Below the pieces are notes generated by a model. That model was not told where the DNA came from. It did not search any database and saw nothing but the letters and a program-made list of their open reading frames with translations. Below are positions 28,696 to 39,123 of a DNA stretch of 64,000 bases, in pieces. Each line of letters begins with the position of its first letter. Position 1 is the first letter of the stretch. Both the position numbers and the translations under genes were made by a program. The stretch comes from an uncultured Alphaproteobacteria bacterium (lineage in GTDB: Bacteria; Pseudomonadota; Alphaproteobacteria; Rhizobiales; Beijerinckiaceae): assembly GCA_963699065.1 (NCBI GenBank), contig CAVOTE010000003.1, forward strand, positions 598,597 through 662,596. Direction: 5' to 3'.

Positions 28696-31266
28696 ATGGC
28701 TTCACCGAAGCGCGTGTGGACATTGGCGGTCGCAATGCTGGCCTGCTGCCTTTCGGGCGGGGCCTTGGCGCAGGACGCGATGGACCTGACGGGAATCTGG
28801 CGCGACGATCGTGCTCAAAAGGATATGGACGAGGCGTACCCCGTCCTGGAGACCAATCCGAAGGAGCCCGACCGTCCGCACGGCACGTACAGATCGCTGC
28901 CCTACATTCTGATCATGCGAAACAACCGCCACGAGCTGCACGTCTATACCGACGTCGGGGCGCTTCGCGCCGTATTGCGGCCGGTGCCCAGCGATCCAAA
29001 GACTTACCAGATCGTCGACGCGTCCGACGGCGCCGGCGACAAGGTTCTCGGGGTCCTGAAGATCCGGACGGAGGCTTGTGGGTCGAAGCGCCGGTGCTTC
29101 CAGATTGTCCAGACCCCCGGGGTCGACATCCCGTGGCCAAACACAGAGACGACACTCTACATTCCGACGGAGATCTACGACCCGGAACAAGACCCGCCGC
29201 TGCCGGAAAAGTACACAAGCAACTTCTCTCCCGTGTCGAACGGAAACGCCTATGCCGGCAGGTCCTATGACATCACGGACCTGGATCGAGAGAACATTCA
29301 GGTTGCCGACCCCCAAAATACAGGAAGGATTCCCGGCCAGCTGTTCGTGGACGGCGGCGCACCCTACTCGTACCAGAAGTCCCCGTTCGGGGCGGCGTCG
29401 GTCGACGTCCCTTTTGGCTGGACCCTGTCGCAAATCCACAATTCGGTGGGTGGAACGGACACCAAGACGATCGAGACCGGGCGCGAAATGGAGGAATTGG
29501 ATTTGCTTGACATCGGCATGAACGCGAAAGTCAATCTCTTCGGCGTCAAGGCGAAGACTAGCGTCGACGTCTCCACGGCGAAACGGATCGACCAGATGAC
29601 GAAGAACAAATCCGTCGTTGCGCAGTCGCAGTACGTTTCGACAAAATACGCGCTGGTCCTGAACCGGCGCCGAACGATCTTGAGCCCGGATTTCAAACAG
29701 GAGGTCGAGGACTGCAAGGGAAAGGCCGAAACAGACATCTGCTATGATGTGGTCGTCAACCACTGGGGGACGCACTACGCCAACGCGGTGACCCTCGGTA
29801 CACGTGGCTACGCCCGGCTCACCCTGAACGAGGACGTGATCAATAGTTCGGACGAAAAGAAGAAGGAGCTCAAGGTGGCCGCGTCCTTGCTGTATGAAGG
29901 GAACGGCGGGGGCTTCACCGTCGGGACAAACAGCGAGACACTGCGCGAAATCCAGCATGACGTGGGCAGTGAGGTCTTGAAGTTCGGCTGCTACGGCGGC
30001 AGCGGCTGCTCAGAGGGCGGCGTTCCCAATGACGGCGATCTGGTCCCGATCTACCTCGATCTCAGGCCGCTTTCGGACCTTCTCGCCCCGCCGTTTTTCC
30101 TCAACGACGACGAAATCTACGGGCGGGTACGCCAGAACCTGGCCAAGAAGATCGCGGATCGCGCCTACGTCGAACGGAACAATCTCGACGATCCGATGCA
30201 GGATCTCTCGACGGTGAAGGTGGTGAACCCGACAAGCGGGCGACCTCAGCTCTTGTGTAGCGATAATGTCATCGCCGGCAGCAGGGCCTGCTGCAGCTTA
30301 TGGGCGTTCGAGCCCCTGAACGACGGAGAGGGAAGCAGGCCAGCGGTCGCAGCCCTGACCTTGAAGGGCATGGATCCGCTGAAGCGGAAAGCGGATGCAG
30401 CAATCCCCGACAGTCAGTGGGACGCGGAACACTGGCGCTCGCTGGACATCGGCGACGGACAGACGGTGCGATTATCGACGAGCGCCGACCCGACCCCGAT
30501 CGTGGCGAACGTGACGATCGACTACGACTTCCGAGAAATGTATCCAAAGTTTCGAAATGATTCCAACCACAGGCTCGTTCATTGGCCAAACATCAGGCGC
30601 TACTGCCAGGCGCGCTACGGCGACGGATGGACCGGGAATCTTAAGGGTCAGCAGGCGAGTTGCACGACCTCGAGTGACACGCAGCAGGTCGACGTGCAGG
30701 CCGTCTGCAACGACGATGCGGCCAAAGGCGGCTTCGGCTCAACGATCGCGGTCTGGAACGAGCTCGAGCAGGCATGGATGTGCGGATTTCACAGTGATCC
30801 CGGCGTTCGCCTGGTGCCTTACTGCCAATCCATTGGCATTGTGCATCCTCATCCAAAACTGTTGTTCGGGCTCACGCCGATAGGGCCGACCCCTGCCGAA
30901 TGTGATGATGGATCAAGTCTTCTCGACGCGACAGAGATCTGCAATGACGCCTTGGGACGTGGCTTTGCGTCCAACGGATTTGATCTGGGTTCCGCACAGC
31001 AAAATCCTGAGGCCAGTTGCAGCGGGACCTTCGCGGAGGCCCACGAGGCGACCGGCGTCAAGGAAGCGGCGATCCTGACCTATCCAGGGCGGACACCGTA
31101 CGATCCGAGGGCTACGGCGGCTGGGTCTACGACGGACGTCGTCGTGCCGCTCCAGTGGAAGGGGGATTTGGAGAAGGTATGTCAAGGCGAGAGTATCGCG
31201 CTTGTGATCGGGCTTCAGCGCGGGGCGAAAGTCGATCTGATCGACGCGCTTCTGTCGTCCCCGTAA
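28696..31266 (+). CDS. Secreted MACPF-domain (perforin-like) protein with Cys-rich C-terminal repeats
   Basis: Sec signal peptide (ALA/QD), AGRSYDI, MACPF signature WGTHYANAVTLGT, YGG, PIYLDLRPLSDLL; strong GGAGGAGG RBS. Confidence 0.8.
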   Translation: MASPKRVWTLAVAMLACCLSGGALAQDAMDLTGIWRDDRAQKDMDEAYPVLETNPKEPDRPHGTYRSLPYILIMRNNRHELHVYTDVGALRAVLRPVPSDPKTYQIVDASDGAGDKVLGVLKIRTEACGSKRRCFQIVQTPGVDIPWPNTETTLYIPTEIYDPEQDPPLPEKYTSNFSPVSNGNAYAGRSYDITDLDRENIQVADPQNTGRIPGQLFVDGGAPYSYQKSPFGAASVDVPFGWTLSQIHNSVGGTDTKTIETGREMEELDLLDIGMNAKVNLFGVKAKTSVDVSTAKRIDQMTKNKSVVAQSQYVSTKYALVLNRRRTILSPDFKQEVEDCKGKAETDICYDVVVNHWGTHYANAVTLGTRGYARLTLNEDVINSSDEKKKELKVAASLLYEGNGGGFTVGTNSETLREIQHDVGSEVLKFGCYGGSGCSEGGVPNDGDLVPIYLDLRPLSDLLAPPFFLNDDEIYGRVRQNLAKKIADRAYVERNNLDDPMQDLSTVKVVNPTSGRPQLLCSDNVIAGSRACCSLWAFEPLNDGEGSRPAVAALTLKGMDPLKRKADAAIPDSQWDAEHWRSLDIGDGQTVRLSTSADPTPIVANVTIDYDFREMYPKFRNDSNHRLVHWPNIRRYCQARYGDGWTGNLKGQQASCTTSSDTQQVDVQAVCNDDAAKGGFGSTIAVWNELEQAWMCGFHSDPGVRLVPYCQSIGIVHPHPKLLFGLTPIGPTPAECDDGSSLLDATEICNDALGRGFASNGFDLGSAQQNPEASCSGTFAEAHEATGVKEAAILTYPGRTPYDPRATAAGSTTDVVVPLQWKGDLEKVCQGESIALVIGLQRGAKVDLIDALLSSP

Positions 31267-31931
31267 ACGCGGCGCGGACGCGAAAGGGCGGCTCGGGGCC
31301 GACCAACGCGCGGGCGACGGCGGACAGAACCTTATACGGCAGCCGGCAAGATTTGTTTGCCCGATGGGTTACCGGCCCCTTCCCTCCCCCGCTTATTCAA
31401 CGCACGGTTTCCCGGGTAAACCGCGCTCCGGCGGACCTCGAAACGACGTATCTGGAGTTCACTGCGGGAAAGCAGGACAACGCGACCTCATGCGATGCGG
31501 AGTAAGCGGCAAAGGTCGCAAAGGCTCTCATTTGTCGCGTTCTCCGAACCCTCCAGCAACGCCAGCTTTGTTGAAGGGTTTCGGACGCCGGCCCCTTGCA
31601 CGACGGTTGGCGCGCCGCCGGGGGCCGGCGTCCGAAAGCCTCACAAGGAGGAGACCGCGGGAAGGTTGGGGCCGGGTCGGAGCGCGACGCTATGGGGATT
31701 TCAGGGTCGCGGACCGGGCGCGCCGGCTGAGGATGACGCTTGAAGCCGCGGATGGCGTTGATCGGCAGGACGATTCCGATCGGATTGGATCGAGCGAATG
31801 TGAGGGACGGGCGCGAATAGGGCGCGTGATCGGGGTCTGTCGTGGCTGTGAGGCCATTGCGGTCGTGGTCCGGGGCGCGGCCGCGAGCGAATGCGATCGA
31901 AGACGTTGGAGGGCGGGCGGCGCGGCGACGG

Positions 31932-33141
31932 TCATGAGGTGTCGATCCTGATCCGGCTTGGGGAGGCGGCCGCGCCGGGCGCGCGCCTTCGAACGTCTCG
32001 ACGATGATCATCCGGCCGCCGCAACACGGGCAGCGGCGCGCAGGCGAAAGGTCATCGGCCTGACTGTCGGCCTCGGCGTGCGAGGGCTGGGGCGCATTCT
32101 CCGGCGCGGCGAGCAATTGGCGGACGCGCTCGATGTTGCGGGCTCGGACCGCGCCGGCGAAGAGGCCGTAATGGCGGATGCGGTGGAAGCCGCTCGGCAG
32201 CACGTGCAGGAGAAAGCGGCGGATGAACTCGGCGGCGTCGAGCGTCATGGTCTTGAACCGGTCGCGGCCTTCGATCCGGTAGTCCTTCCACTTGAAGGTG
32301 ACGCCCTTCTCGTCGAGCGCGATGAGCCGGGAGTTCGAGATCGCGACGCGGTGGGTGTAGCGGGCGAGATAGGCGAGCACGGCCTTCGGCCCGGCGAACG
32401 GCCTCTTGGCGTAGACGACCCATTCGGACGCGGCGCAACGGCGCGAGCGCGGCGTCGAAGGCGCGGCTGGTCGGCGAGCGGGGCGAGGTCGCCGAAGAAG
32501 GCGAGACGGCCGGCCGCATGCAGGGCTGCGAGGCCTTCGAGGAAGAGGCGGCGGAACAGGCGCGACAGCACGCGCACCGGCAGGAAGAAGCCGGGCTTGC
32601 AGGCGATCCAGCGCGATCCGTCCGGCGACAGGCCGCCGCCGGGCACGATGACGTGGACGTGCGGGTGGTGGGTGAGCGCCGAGCCCCAGGTGTGGAGCAC
32701 GGCGGTGAGGCCGATGCGCGCGCCCAGATGCTTCGGGTCGGCGGCGATGGTGGTCAGCGTCTCGGCGGCGGTCCGGAACAGGAGGTCGTAGACGGCGGCC
32801 TTGTTCTGGAACGCGATGGCGCCGATCGCAGCCGGCAGGGTGAAGACGACGTGGTAGTAGGGAACCGGCAGAAGCTCGGCCTCGCGTTCGGCCAGCCATT
32901 GTCTCGCCGCCGCGCCCTGACACTTCGGGCAGTGGCGGTTGCGGCAGGAATTGTAGGCGACGCGTTCGTGCGCGCAGTCCTCGCAGCGCTCGACATGGCC
33001 GCCGAGCGCGGCAGTGCGGCAGGTCTCGATCGCCGACATGACCTTCAACTGGGCGAGGCTCGCATGACCGGCGTTGGCCTTGCGCCATGCCGCCCCGTGG
33101 GCGCGAAAGACGTCGGCGATCTCGAAGCGAGGCCGCGCCAC
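31932..33141 (-). CDS. IS91-family transposase, frameshifted
   Basis: CRTAALGGH, YNSCRNRHCPKCQ zinc domain, HTWG...HPHVH (HUH), YLARYTHRVAI (Y2), HVLPSGFHRIRHYG, CPCCGG. Confidence 0.92.
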
Positions 33142-33151
33142 GCGGCCTCGC

Positions 33152-34038
33152 TCAGGCGGGCGGCGTTCGCTTCGCCAGGTTGACGCCGAGCCGCTCGAGC
33201 GGGCTCTTGACGTCGCGGATCGTGTTGACGGCGACCTGGGTGTAGAGTGCGGTCGTCTCGAGCTTGGCGTGGCCGAGCAACACCTGGATCACCCGGATAT
33301 CGACGTCCTGCTCGAGCAGATGCGTGGCGAACCCCCGGGCTGTGACCCGGGGGGTATGCGGCGACACGCGCTTGGATATCCCCGCCAGGGTCTTGGCGGC
33401 GTGCACGGCGCGATTGAGCTGACGGGCGGTGATCGGGTTGACCGGGTTTTGGCCGGGAAACAGCCAGGCCCGCGGCCGCGCCGCATGCCACCATGCGCGC
33501 AAGAGTTCGAGCAGTTGCGGCGACAGCATCACATAGCGATCCCGCTGTCCCTTGCCCTGCTCGACCCGGAGCGTCATGCGACTGGGCTGTCGATGTCGGA
33601 CACCTTCAGGTGCGCGACCTCGGACACCCGAAGGCCCGCACCGTAGGCGACGCTGAGCGCGGCCTTGTACTTCAGGCCCGGCGCGGCTTCGAGCAGGAGC
33701 GCCACCTCCTCCTGGCTGAGCACGACTGGCGCCTTGCGCGGCTTGTTCACGATCGTCAGAGGACGAACGAGGTCTGGCCGTTCGAGCGTCACGGTGAAGA
33801 AGAACCGAAGCGCGGCGACGGCGGCGTTGATCGAGCCCGGGCTGATCTGCTGCTGCGCCAGATGCAACTGAAAGCGGCGAAGGTCCTCGTTCGTCGCCGT
33901 ATCGGGCGACCGGCCGAGGAAGGCCGCAAAGGTTCTGACGTGCCGGACGTAGTCTTTCTGCACCTTCTCCTTGAACCGCCGCGCCGTCATGTCGTCGATC
34001 ATGCGCTGACGCAGCCGGCTGATAGGCTTGTCGGACAT
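33152..34038 (-). CDS. Tyrosine recombinase/integrase, frameshifted, catalytic box damaged
   Basis: SAM-like N-terminus LRQRMIDDM, YGAGLRVSE, VEQGKG, FATHLLE, QVLLGH...TALY. Confidence 0.88.
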
Positions 34039-34336
34039 CGCGAAAGCTCCTGTCTCCCATGGGGTTGAACCCCACGATTTTGAGACAGTCCCGGCCTTCG
34101 CGTTGTCCGTGCCCGGCCAGCCTCTCCCTCGCTCGCCGCCCCTACCGCGCGAGCGGTTTAGTCCATGTGCGCACAGCGGTCGGAGTCGACGTTAAGCGGG
34201 AGATTTGACGTGCCGCGGGACAGCCTTTCCGTCTGAGTACGTGCCACACCTCCATAGGGTTGGCGCCCTTCACCTTCACGTCAGAATTGAACGTCGGCCC
34301 CGACGATTGCTGCTGCGATGCGAGTTGGGAGGGAAA

Positions 34337-34735
34337 CTACCGATAGTGCATGTCGCTCTTGACGACCGCCTCCGCGCCGATGAGCCCGAAGGCGGTTCTC
34401 AGGGCGGCGATGGTCGCGGGGGCCTGAAGGCGGCGGTCGGCGTAGATGACGAAGCGCCGCGCCGGCTGTTCGTAGACGATCCGCCCGCGCGGCCATTCGT
34501 CGTATTCGGTCGATGCAATCTGCGCGGGAAGCCCGAGCGCCGCGAGACGCGCTGCGCCCAGCCTGCGCCATCGCTCCCAGCGCTCGTAATGGCCGGTCGC
34601 GTGGGTCAGGCAATCGCCATAGGACTCGGCCTCGGCGAGGGTAGAACGGTCGGTGACGAGGACGCCTTTGACGCGCCAGAAGATGCCGACGGAGGGTACA
34701 ACGGAAGCGGGTCGGTCCCAAGTGGCTGGGCTCAT
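34337..34735 (-). CDS. Conserved-looking hypothetical protein
   Basis: VGIFW...AESYGD...GHYERW...EYDEWPRGRIVY...IYAD...DMHY is a coherent globular ORF; no function recognised. Confidence 0.65.
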   Translation of the reverse strand: MSPATWDRPASVVPSVGIFWRVKGVLVTDRSTLAEAESYGDCLTHATGHYERWERWRRLGAARLAALGLPAQIASTEYDEWPRGRIVYEQPARRFVIYADRRLQAPATIAALRTAFGLIGAEAVVKSDMHYR

Positions 34736-34869
34736 GGACGAACCGAATCTCGCAAGGTGCCATAAATTGAACGGATGTTTATCCACTAGTCCCCAAGGTT
34801 GTGAATGCATCGGTCTATCCAGGAATTTTGTGGCGTCAGCGAGCGTACAGTTCTCTGCGAAGAATTCTT

Positions 34870-35578
34870 CTATTCGTCTCTAGACGCAAGACAGTGTATC
34901 GCCTCAATGTAGTCCCAATGGTGACTTCTATTCAAATAGCTCGGATGGTAAGTCCTGAATGACGTCGCAGGCAGCGCGGCGTGGGAAAGCTTCGCTAACT
35001 GCTTTGCCGAATAGCCATAACTGGATACAAATTCACAATTAGCTAGAGTGTCAGTTAAAATTGAATTATAATTTGGCCCAGTAAAGAATATACAAATATG
35101 CGGATCAAGAATGGAAATCTAGATAGGAATAGATTTTTCTGCTGCTCAATCAGGACGTCACGTATTTCCTTTGGCGCCTTAAGAATCGATTTGCCGTCAG
35201 TGCCTCCAGGAGGTAGATAGGCGCACCGTGCCAAAGTTCCCATAAGACTCCAGCTTGTGGCCAGCCCTGCACTTCCCGAAAAGCACGGCGAAATGGCCCG
35301 TTCCAATCAAAAGCCTTGTAAACCCGAGAGAGCGTATCTACGGCATCGGATTGTTCGATAAAGTCCTGCATAGTATATATGAATGGTTCATCAGTGCCCC
35401 AAGCTCGTGTTTCCTGCCCAATAATAACGATGCGTTTCTTTGCAGAGCAAAAATCTTTGGTAGCATATATCAAAAGAGGAGCCCAAAATTGTTTTGCGAC
35501 CTCCTTGGTAAATTGCAGAGAATTCCTCCAATCATTATATGTGGATGACAAATTTGTATTAACTGCATATTGATCCAT
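34870..35578 (-). CDS. Uracil-DNA glycosylase-superfamily protein, low GC, two frameshifts
   Basis: Joining frames gives IVIIGQETRAW (motif A), ISILDPHICIFFTGPNY and SFRTYHPSYL (motif B), ending at TAG 34870-34872. Confidence 0.65.
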
Positions 35579-35644
35579 AGCAATCTATCCTCGGACATCT
35601 GGCAACGAATTTGTTCGAAGGTCTGTCGCGACATAGAGAGAATT

Positions 35645-36378
35645 GTGCGCCTCGCCCCAACCCTCGCCGTCCTCACCCTCTCCCGCGAACTCGCCGCCTC
35701 GGCCGAGGGCCTGACGCTCGACGAGATGGCGGGGGTTGTCAATGCGTCACGTCGTAGCGCCGAGCGGATGCGGGACGCGGTCGAGGCGGCGTTCGGCACG
35801 CTCGACCGGATCGAGGACGGCCGAAAAGTCCGGTTCCGGCTCGCGGCGCGCGGCCTCGGCAATTTCGCCGCGACGCCGACCGCCGAGGAACTGACCGAAC
35901 TGGAAAACGCCGCCCGGGCCCTGGACGCGAGCGGTGGCCGCAGCCGCGCCGCGAGCCTGCGCACGCTGCGCCAGAAGATCGGCGCGAGCCTGCGCGAGGC
36001 GGACCGGCGCCGGCTTTCCGTCGACGTCGAGGCGCGACTTCGCGCCGAGGCGTTCGCCTGCGCGGTCGGGCCGCGCCCGATGCCGACCCAGCCGTTCTCG
36101 GACGCCTGCGCGAGGCCCTGCTGGCCGGCGTCGAGGTCGCGTTCGACTATGGCGACTTGCCGCGCTGGCGGAAGGTCGTTCCCTACGGGCTTTTGTTTGG
36201 CCCGAGCGCCTATCTCGTCGCCCGAGCCGCGCATCGCGACGAGCCGGTGCTGTTCCGTCTCGATGCGATCCATGACGTGAAAGCCCTCGAAGAGCCCGGC
36301 GCGCTCCCGCCCGACTTCGACCTGAAGACTTACGCCGAGCAGTCGTTCGGCGTTTTCCAGGAGGCGCCGCAAGACATG
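35645..36378 (+). pseudogene. HTH-WYL transcriptional regulator (YafY/PafB-like), truncated by an IS21 remnant
   Basis: wHTH GLTLDEMA...SRRSAERM; WYL segment RKVVPYGLLFGPSAYLVA...LFRLDAI, FDLKTYAEQSFGVFQ; C-terminal domain missing. Confidence 0.8.
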
Positions 36379-36656
36379 ACGCCGCCCGATCTCGCGCGCG
36401 CTCACCCCATCGTGGTGAAGCCGCAACAGATGTCGGCAATTGCCGCATGCTCAGTTCCCGCTTCGCCGGCATCCCCGTCTCCTCGTCGACCATCGACGGG
36501 CCAGGAGTGTCGCAGTTGGCGAACCGCGGGGAGCAAACGACGCGAGCCGTAACCGGCTCAGGTGGCCGGCTTCATTTCGGAATGGTGGCCGGATCAAATC
36601 GGAACGGTGGCCGACATCAAATCGGAATGCCTGGCCGGAATGCGTCGGAATTCGCA
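36379..36656 (-). mobile_element. IS21-family left end plus istA 5' fragment
   Basis: TG-start end with four ~23-bp repeats (GGTGGCCG...TCGGAAT, 36561-36656); MPAKRELSMRQL...RLHHDGVSAREIGR is an IstA N-terminus. Confidence 0.85.
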
Positions 36657-36699
36657 ACTACACCATCAACCCGCGGCGCCCCGCAGCTTCATAGCGCTT

Positions 36700-36921
36700 A
36701 TTGTTCGGAGTATCCTAACCTGGGGCAGCGGGCTAGCCGCCATCGTCCTGGTGGGCGCCTCGATGATCTTTGCCTGGTATGTTGAGAAATTCGACAGTTA
36801 TGAACGGATCTACGGCTCGCTCGGCGCGGCGGTCGGTTTCATGACCTGGATCTGGCTGTCCGTCGTCGTCGTGCTGCTCGGCGCGAAGCTGGACGTCGCT
36901 ATCGACCGGAAAGGCAGGTGA
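36700..36921 (+). pseudogene. YihY/BrkB family membrane protein, C-terminal fragment
   Basis: FAWYVEKFDSYERIYGSLGAAVGFMTWIWLS...LLGAKL. Confidence 0.75.
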
Positions 36922-37024
36922 CGTTTGGCCGGACGCGTGCGGTTTTTGCGGTCCGCGATGGATCGCCGGCGCGGTGGCGGGGCCGGAGGTCGAAACCCTT
37001 GGCTCACTGCCGCAACTGACGGCC

Positions 37025-37062
37025 GCCCCAAGCCCCCAAGCCCCCAAGCCCCCAAGCCCCCC
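37025..37062. repeat. Octanucleotide tandem repeat (CCCCCAAG)x4
   Basis: gccccaag-cccccaag-cccccaag-cccccaag-cccccc, intergenic. Confidence 0.85.
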
Positions 37063-37290
37063 TATCTGCGCGAAGCGTTAGTACCGGATTGTTCGGAACG
37101 GGGCGCCGCTCGTAGAGGCCGGCTGGTAAGGTCGACGTTTAGCATAGTCGCGGAACGCGGCCTCGAGGCGCAGATTGGCGTTGCCTCCAGGCGCACAGTC
37201 CGCCCGAACCGGAAGTTTTTTGTGAAAGATCGCCTGATAACGTTGTGGAGTTTTCGTGCGAGGGAGTCGGCGACGCCGCAGGGTGATTAG

Positions 37291-38136
37291 TCATCCCTTA
37301 ACAGCGCCGGTCGACAGTCCCTCGACCAGGAAGCGCTGCAAGTAGACGAAGAAAAGAGCGACGGGAACAACCGCTAGCACCGACGCGGCCATCAGCGCGC
37401 CCCAGTCCGTCAGATGCGGCCCCTTGAACAACATGATCGCTGGCGTCAGCGGACGGCGCGCGTCGTCGTTGATCAGAACATAGCCGAAAAGGAACTCGTT
37501 CCACGCCGTGACGAAGCAGAAAAGTCCTGTCGCCATGATGCCCGGGGCGGAGAGTGGGAGAAGAATTCGGTAGATGAAACCAAGCCTCGAGCAGCCGTCC
37601 ATCTCCGCGGCGTCTTCGAGCTCCATGGGAATGGTATCGAAGAAGCTTTTCAGCATGAAGCAGCAGAGCGGGATCGAGAACGTGCAGTAGACGATGATCA
37701 GCGCCCGGAAAGTCGACAGCAACTCGAGCTGCCGCATAAGGATGTAAAGCGGAGTGAGGAGAAGGACCCCGGGAATCATCTGCGACAGCAACAGGGCCGC
37801 GCCGACCGCGCGGGAGAGCGATTGCTTTGGAAAGCGACTGAGCGCGTAGCCGCAAAAAATCGACACTGTCAGTGCCAGGAGGGTCGAGCCGCCCGCGACG
37901 ATGACGCTGTTGCGGAAATAGAGCAAGAAATTGTCATCGGTCACGACATGGCGGAAGTTTTCGAGCGTCGGCTGCACAATCCAGAAGGTCGGATTGAGGC
38001 TTCGCACCTCGGCCGCCGGTTTCAGCGACGTGTCGAGCATCCACAAGAAAGGGAAGATGCAAAAGGCCGCAAGCCCGACCAGGACCGCGTAGGTGACGAC
38101 GTTGCGGGTCCCGCGCTCGATGCCGCTTGTAACCAT
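37291..38136 (-). CDS. Carbohydrate ABC transporter permease (MalG-like)
   Basis: ELEDAAEMDG, AWNEFLF, QRFLVEGLSTGAVKG. Confidence 0.92.
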   Translation of the reverse strand: MVTSGIERGTRNVVTYAVLVGLAAFCIFPFLWMLDTSLKPAAEVRSLNPTFWIVQPTLENFRHVVTDDNFLLYFRNSVIVAGGSTLLALTVSIFCGYALSRFPKQSLSRAVGAALLLSQMIPGVLLLTPLYILMRQLELLSTFRALIIVYCTFSIPLCCFMLKSFFDTIPMELEDAAEMDGCSRLGFIYRILLPLSAPGIMATGLFCFVTAWNEFLFGYVLINDDARRPLTPAIMLFKGPHLTDWGALMAASVLAVVPVALFFVYLQRFLVEGLSTGAVKG

Positions 38137-39092
38137 CAGGCCGCCGCCCTCGCTGCGCGTCTAGCTGCGCCGTACCAGTAGACGAAGAACGCCGCGAGCA
38201 TGAATCCCATGGTCATTGTCGCCAGTGCGCTCGCCGCGCCGACGTCGAAGTCCTCGAACGAATAGCGGTAGATCAGGATCGGCAGCGTTTCCGAGGAGTT
38301 CATCGGGCCGCCTTGAGTCATCACCCAGATGAAATCGAAATTGATGGCGGTCCAGATGATGTGAATGAAGATCAGTGTGAGCGAGACCGCTTTTAGATAA
38401 GGCATGACAATGTAGACGAATCGACGGAGGGGACCGGCTCCGTCCATTGCGGCGGATTCGAGAACATCCGTGGGGACCGCCATGAGCGCGGCGAGCAGGC
38501 TCAGCGTGTAGAACGGGAAGCTGCGCCAGATGTTGACGAATGCGACTGTCAGCAGGGCGGAGTCGAGATTGCCGAGCCAGTAGTAGGGCTTTGCGAGCAC
38601 TCCGAGCTTGACCAGCCACAGATTGATGACGCCGTAGTCGGGCGTCAGCATCCAGGTCCAGGTCAGGCCTGCGACGACGATCGGGATGACCCAGGGAATG
38701 ATAATGAGCCCGCGGAACAGGGTCCGCCCTTTGATCGGCTGCGCCAGCGCCACCGCTGAGGCGAGGCCGAGCGCGTATTCGCCCGCGACCGAAACAAACG
38801 TCCAGATTCCGGTCCGCCAAAGGGCGGGCCAGAAGCGCTCGTCCTCGATGACCGTGGTGAAATTGTCGAGGCCGGCATAGCCGCTGACCGTCGGGTTGGT
38901 GAGATTGACATATTCAAAGGCCGTCCAGATCACTCTCGCGAGGGGATAAGCGATCAGGATCAGGAAGAAGGCCGCCGCCGGAGCGAGGAAGAGGGCGGCG
39001 AGCCAGCGCAGCCGGGCCGCGCGGGTCCGCTTTCCTGTTGGTCTTGCGACCGGCTGGGTTCGCGTCGGGACGGGAGCGTCCGAAACAGCCAT
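38136..39092 (-). CDS. Carbohydrate ABC transporter permease (MalF-like)
   Basis: GLDNF, NIWRSFPF, ESAAMDGA, MTQGGP. Confidence 0.92.
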   Translation of the reverse strand: MAVSDAPVPTRTQPVARPTGKRTRAARLRWLAALFLAPAAAFFLILIAYPLARVIWTAFEYVNLTNPTVSGYAGLDNFTTVIEDERFWPALWRTGIWTFVSVAGEYALGLASAVALAQPIKGRTLFRGLIIIPWVIPIVVAGLTWTWMLTPDYGVINLWLVKLGVLAKPYYWLGNLDSALLTVAFVNIWRSFPFYTLSLLAALMAVPTDVLESAAMDGAGPLRRFVYIVMPYLKAVSLTLIFIHIIWTAINFDFIWVMTQGGPMNSSETLPILIYRYSFEDFDVGAASALATMTMGFMLAAFFVYWYGAARRAARAAA

Positions 39093-39123
39093 GCTTCGAC
39101 TCCCTTGCCGCTTGTCTGCGCGC

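Larger units (their letters stand above)
31571..34166 (-). mobile_element. IS91-like element carrying a tyrosine recombinase plus Y2 (HUH) transposase
   Basis: Two genes listed below; 17-bp perfect inverted repeat at 31579-31595/31621-31637 at one end and an ACCGC-GCGA-GCGGT hairpin at 34144-34157 at the other. Confidence 0.85.

Noticed and set aside
36561-36656. Four ~23-bp direct repeats suggesting a mini-CRISPR or iterons
   Set aside because: There are no spacers; they are the multiple terminal repeats of an IS21 end next to an istA fragment.
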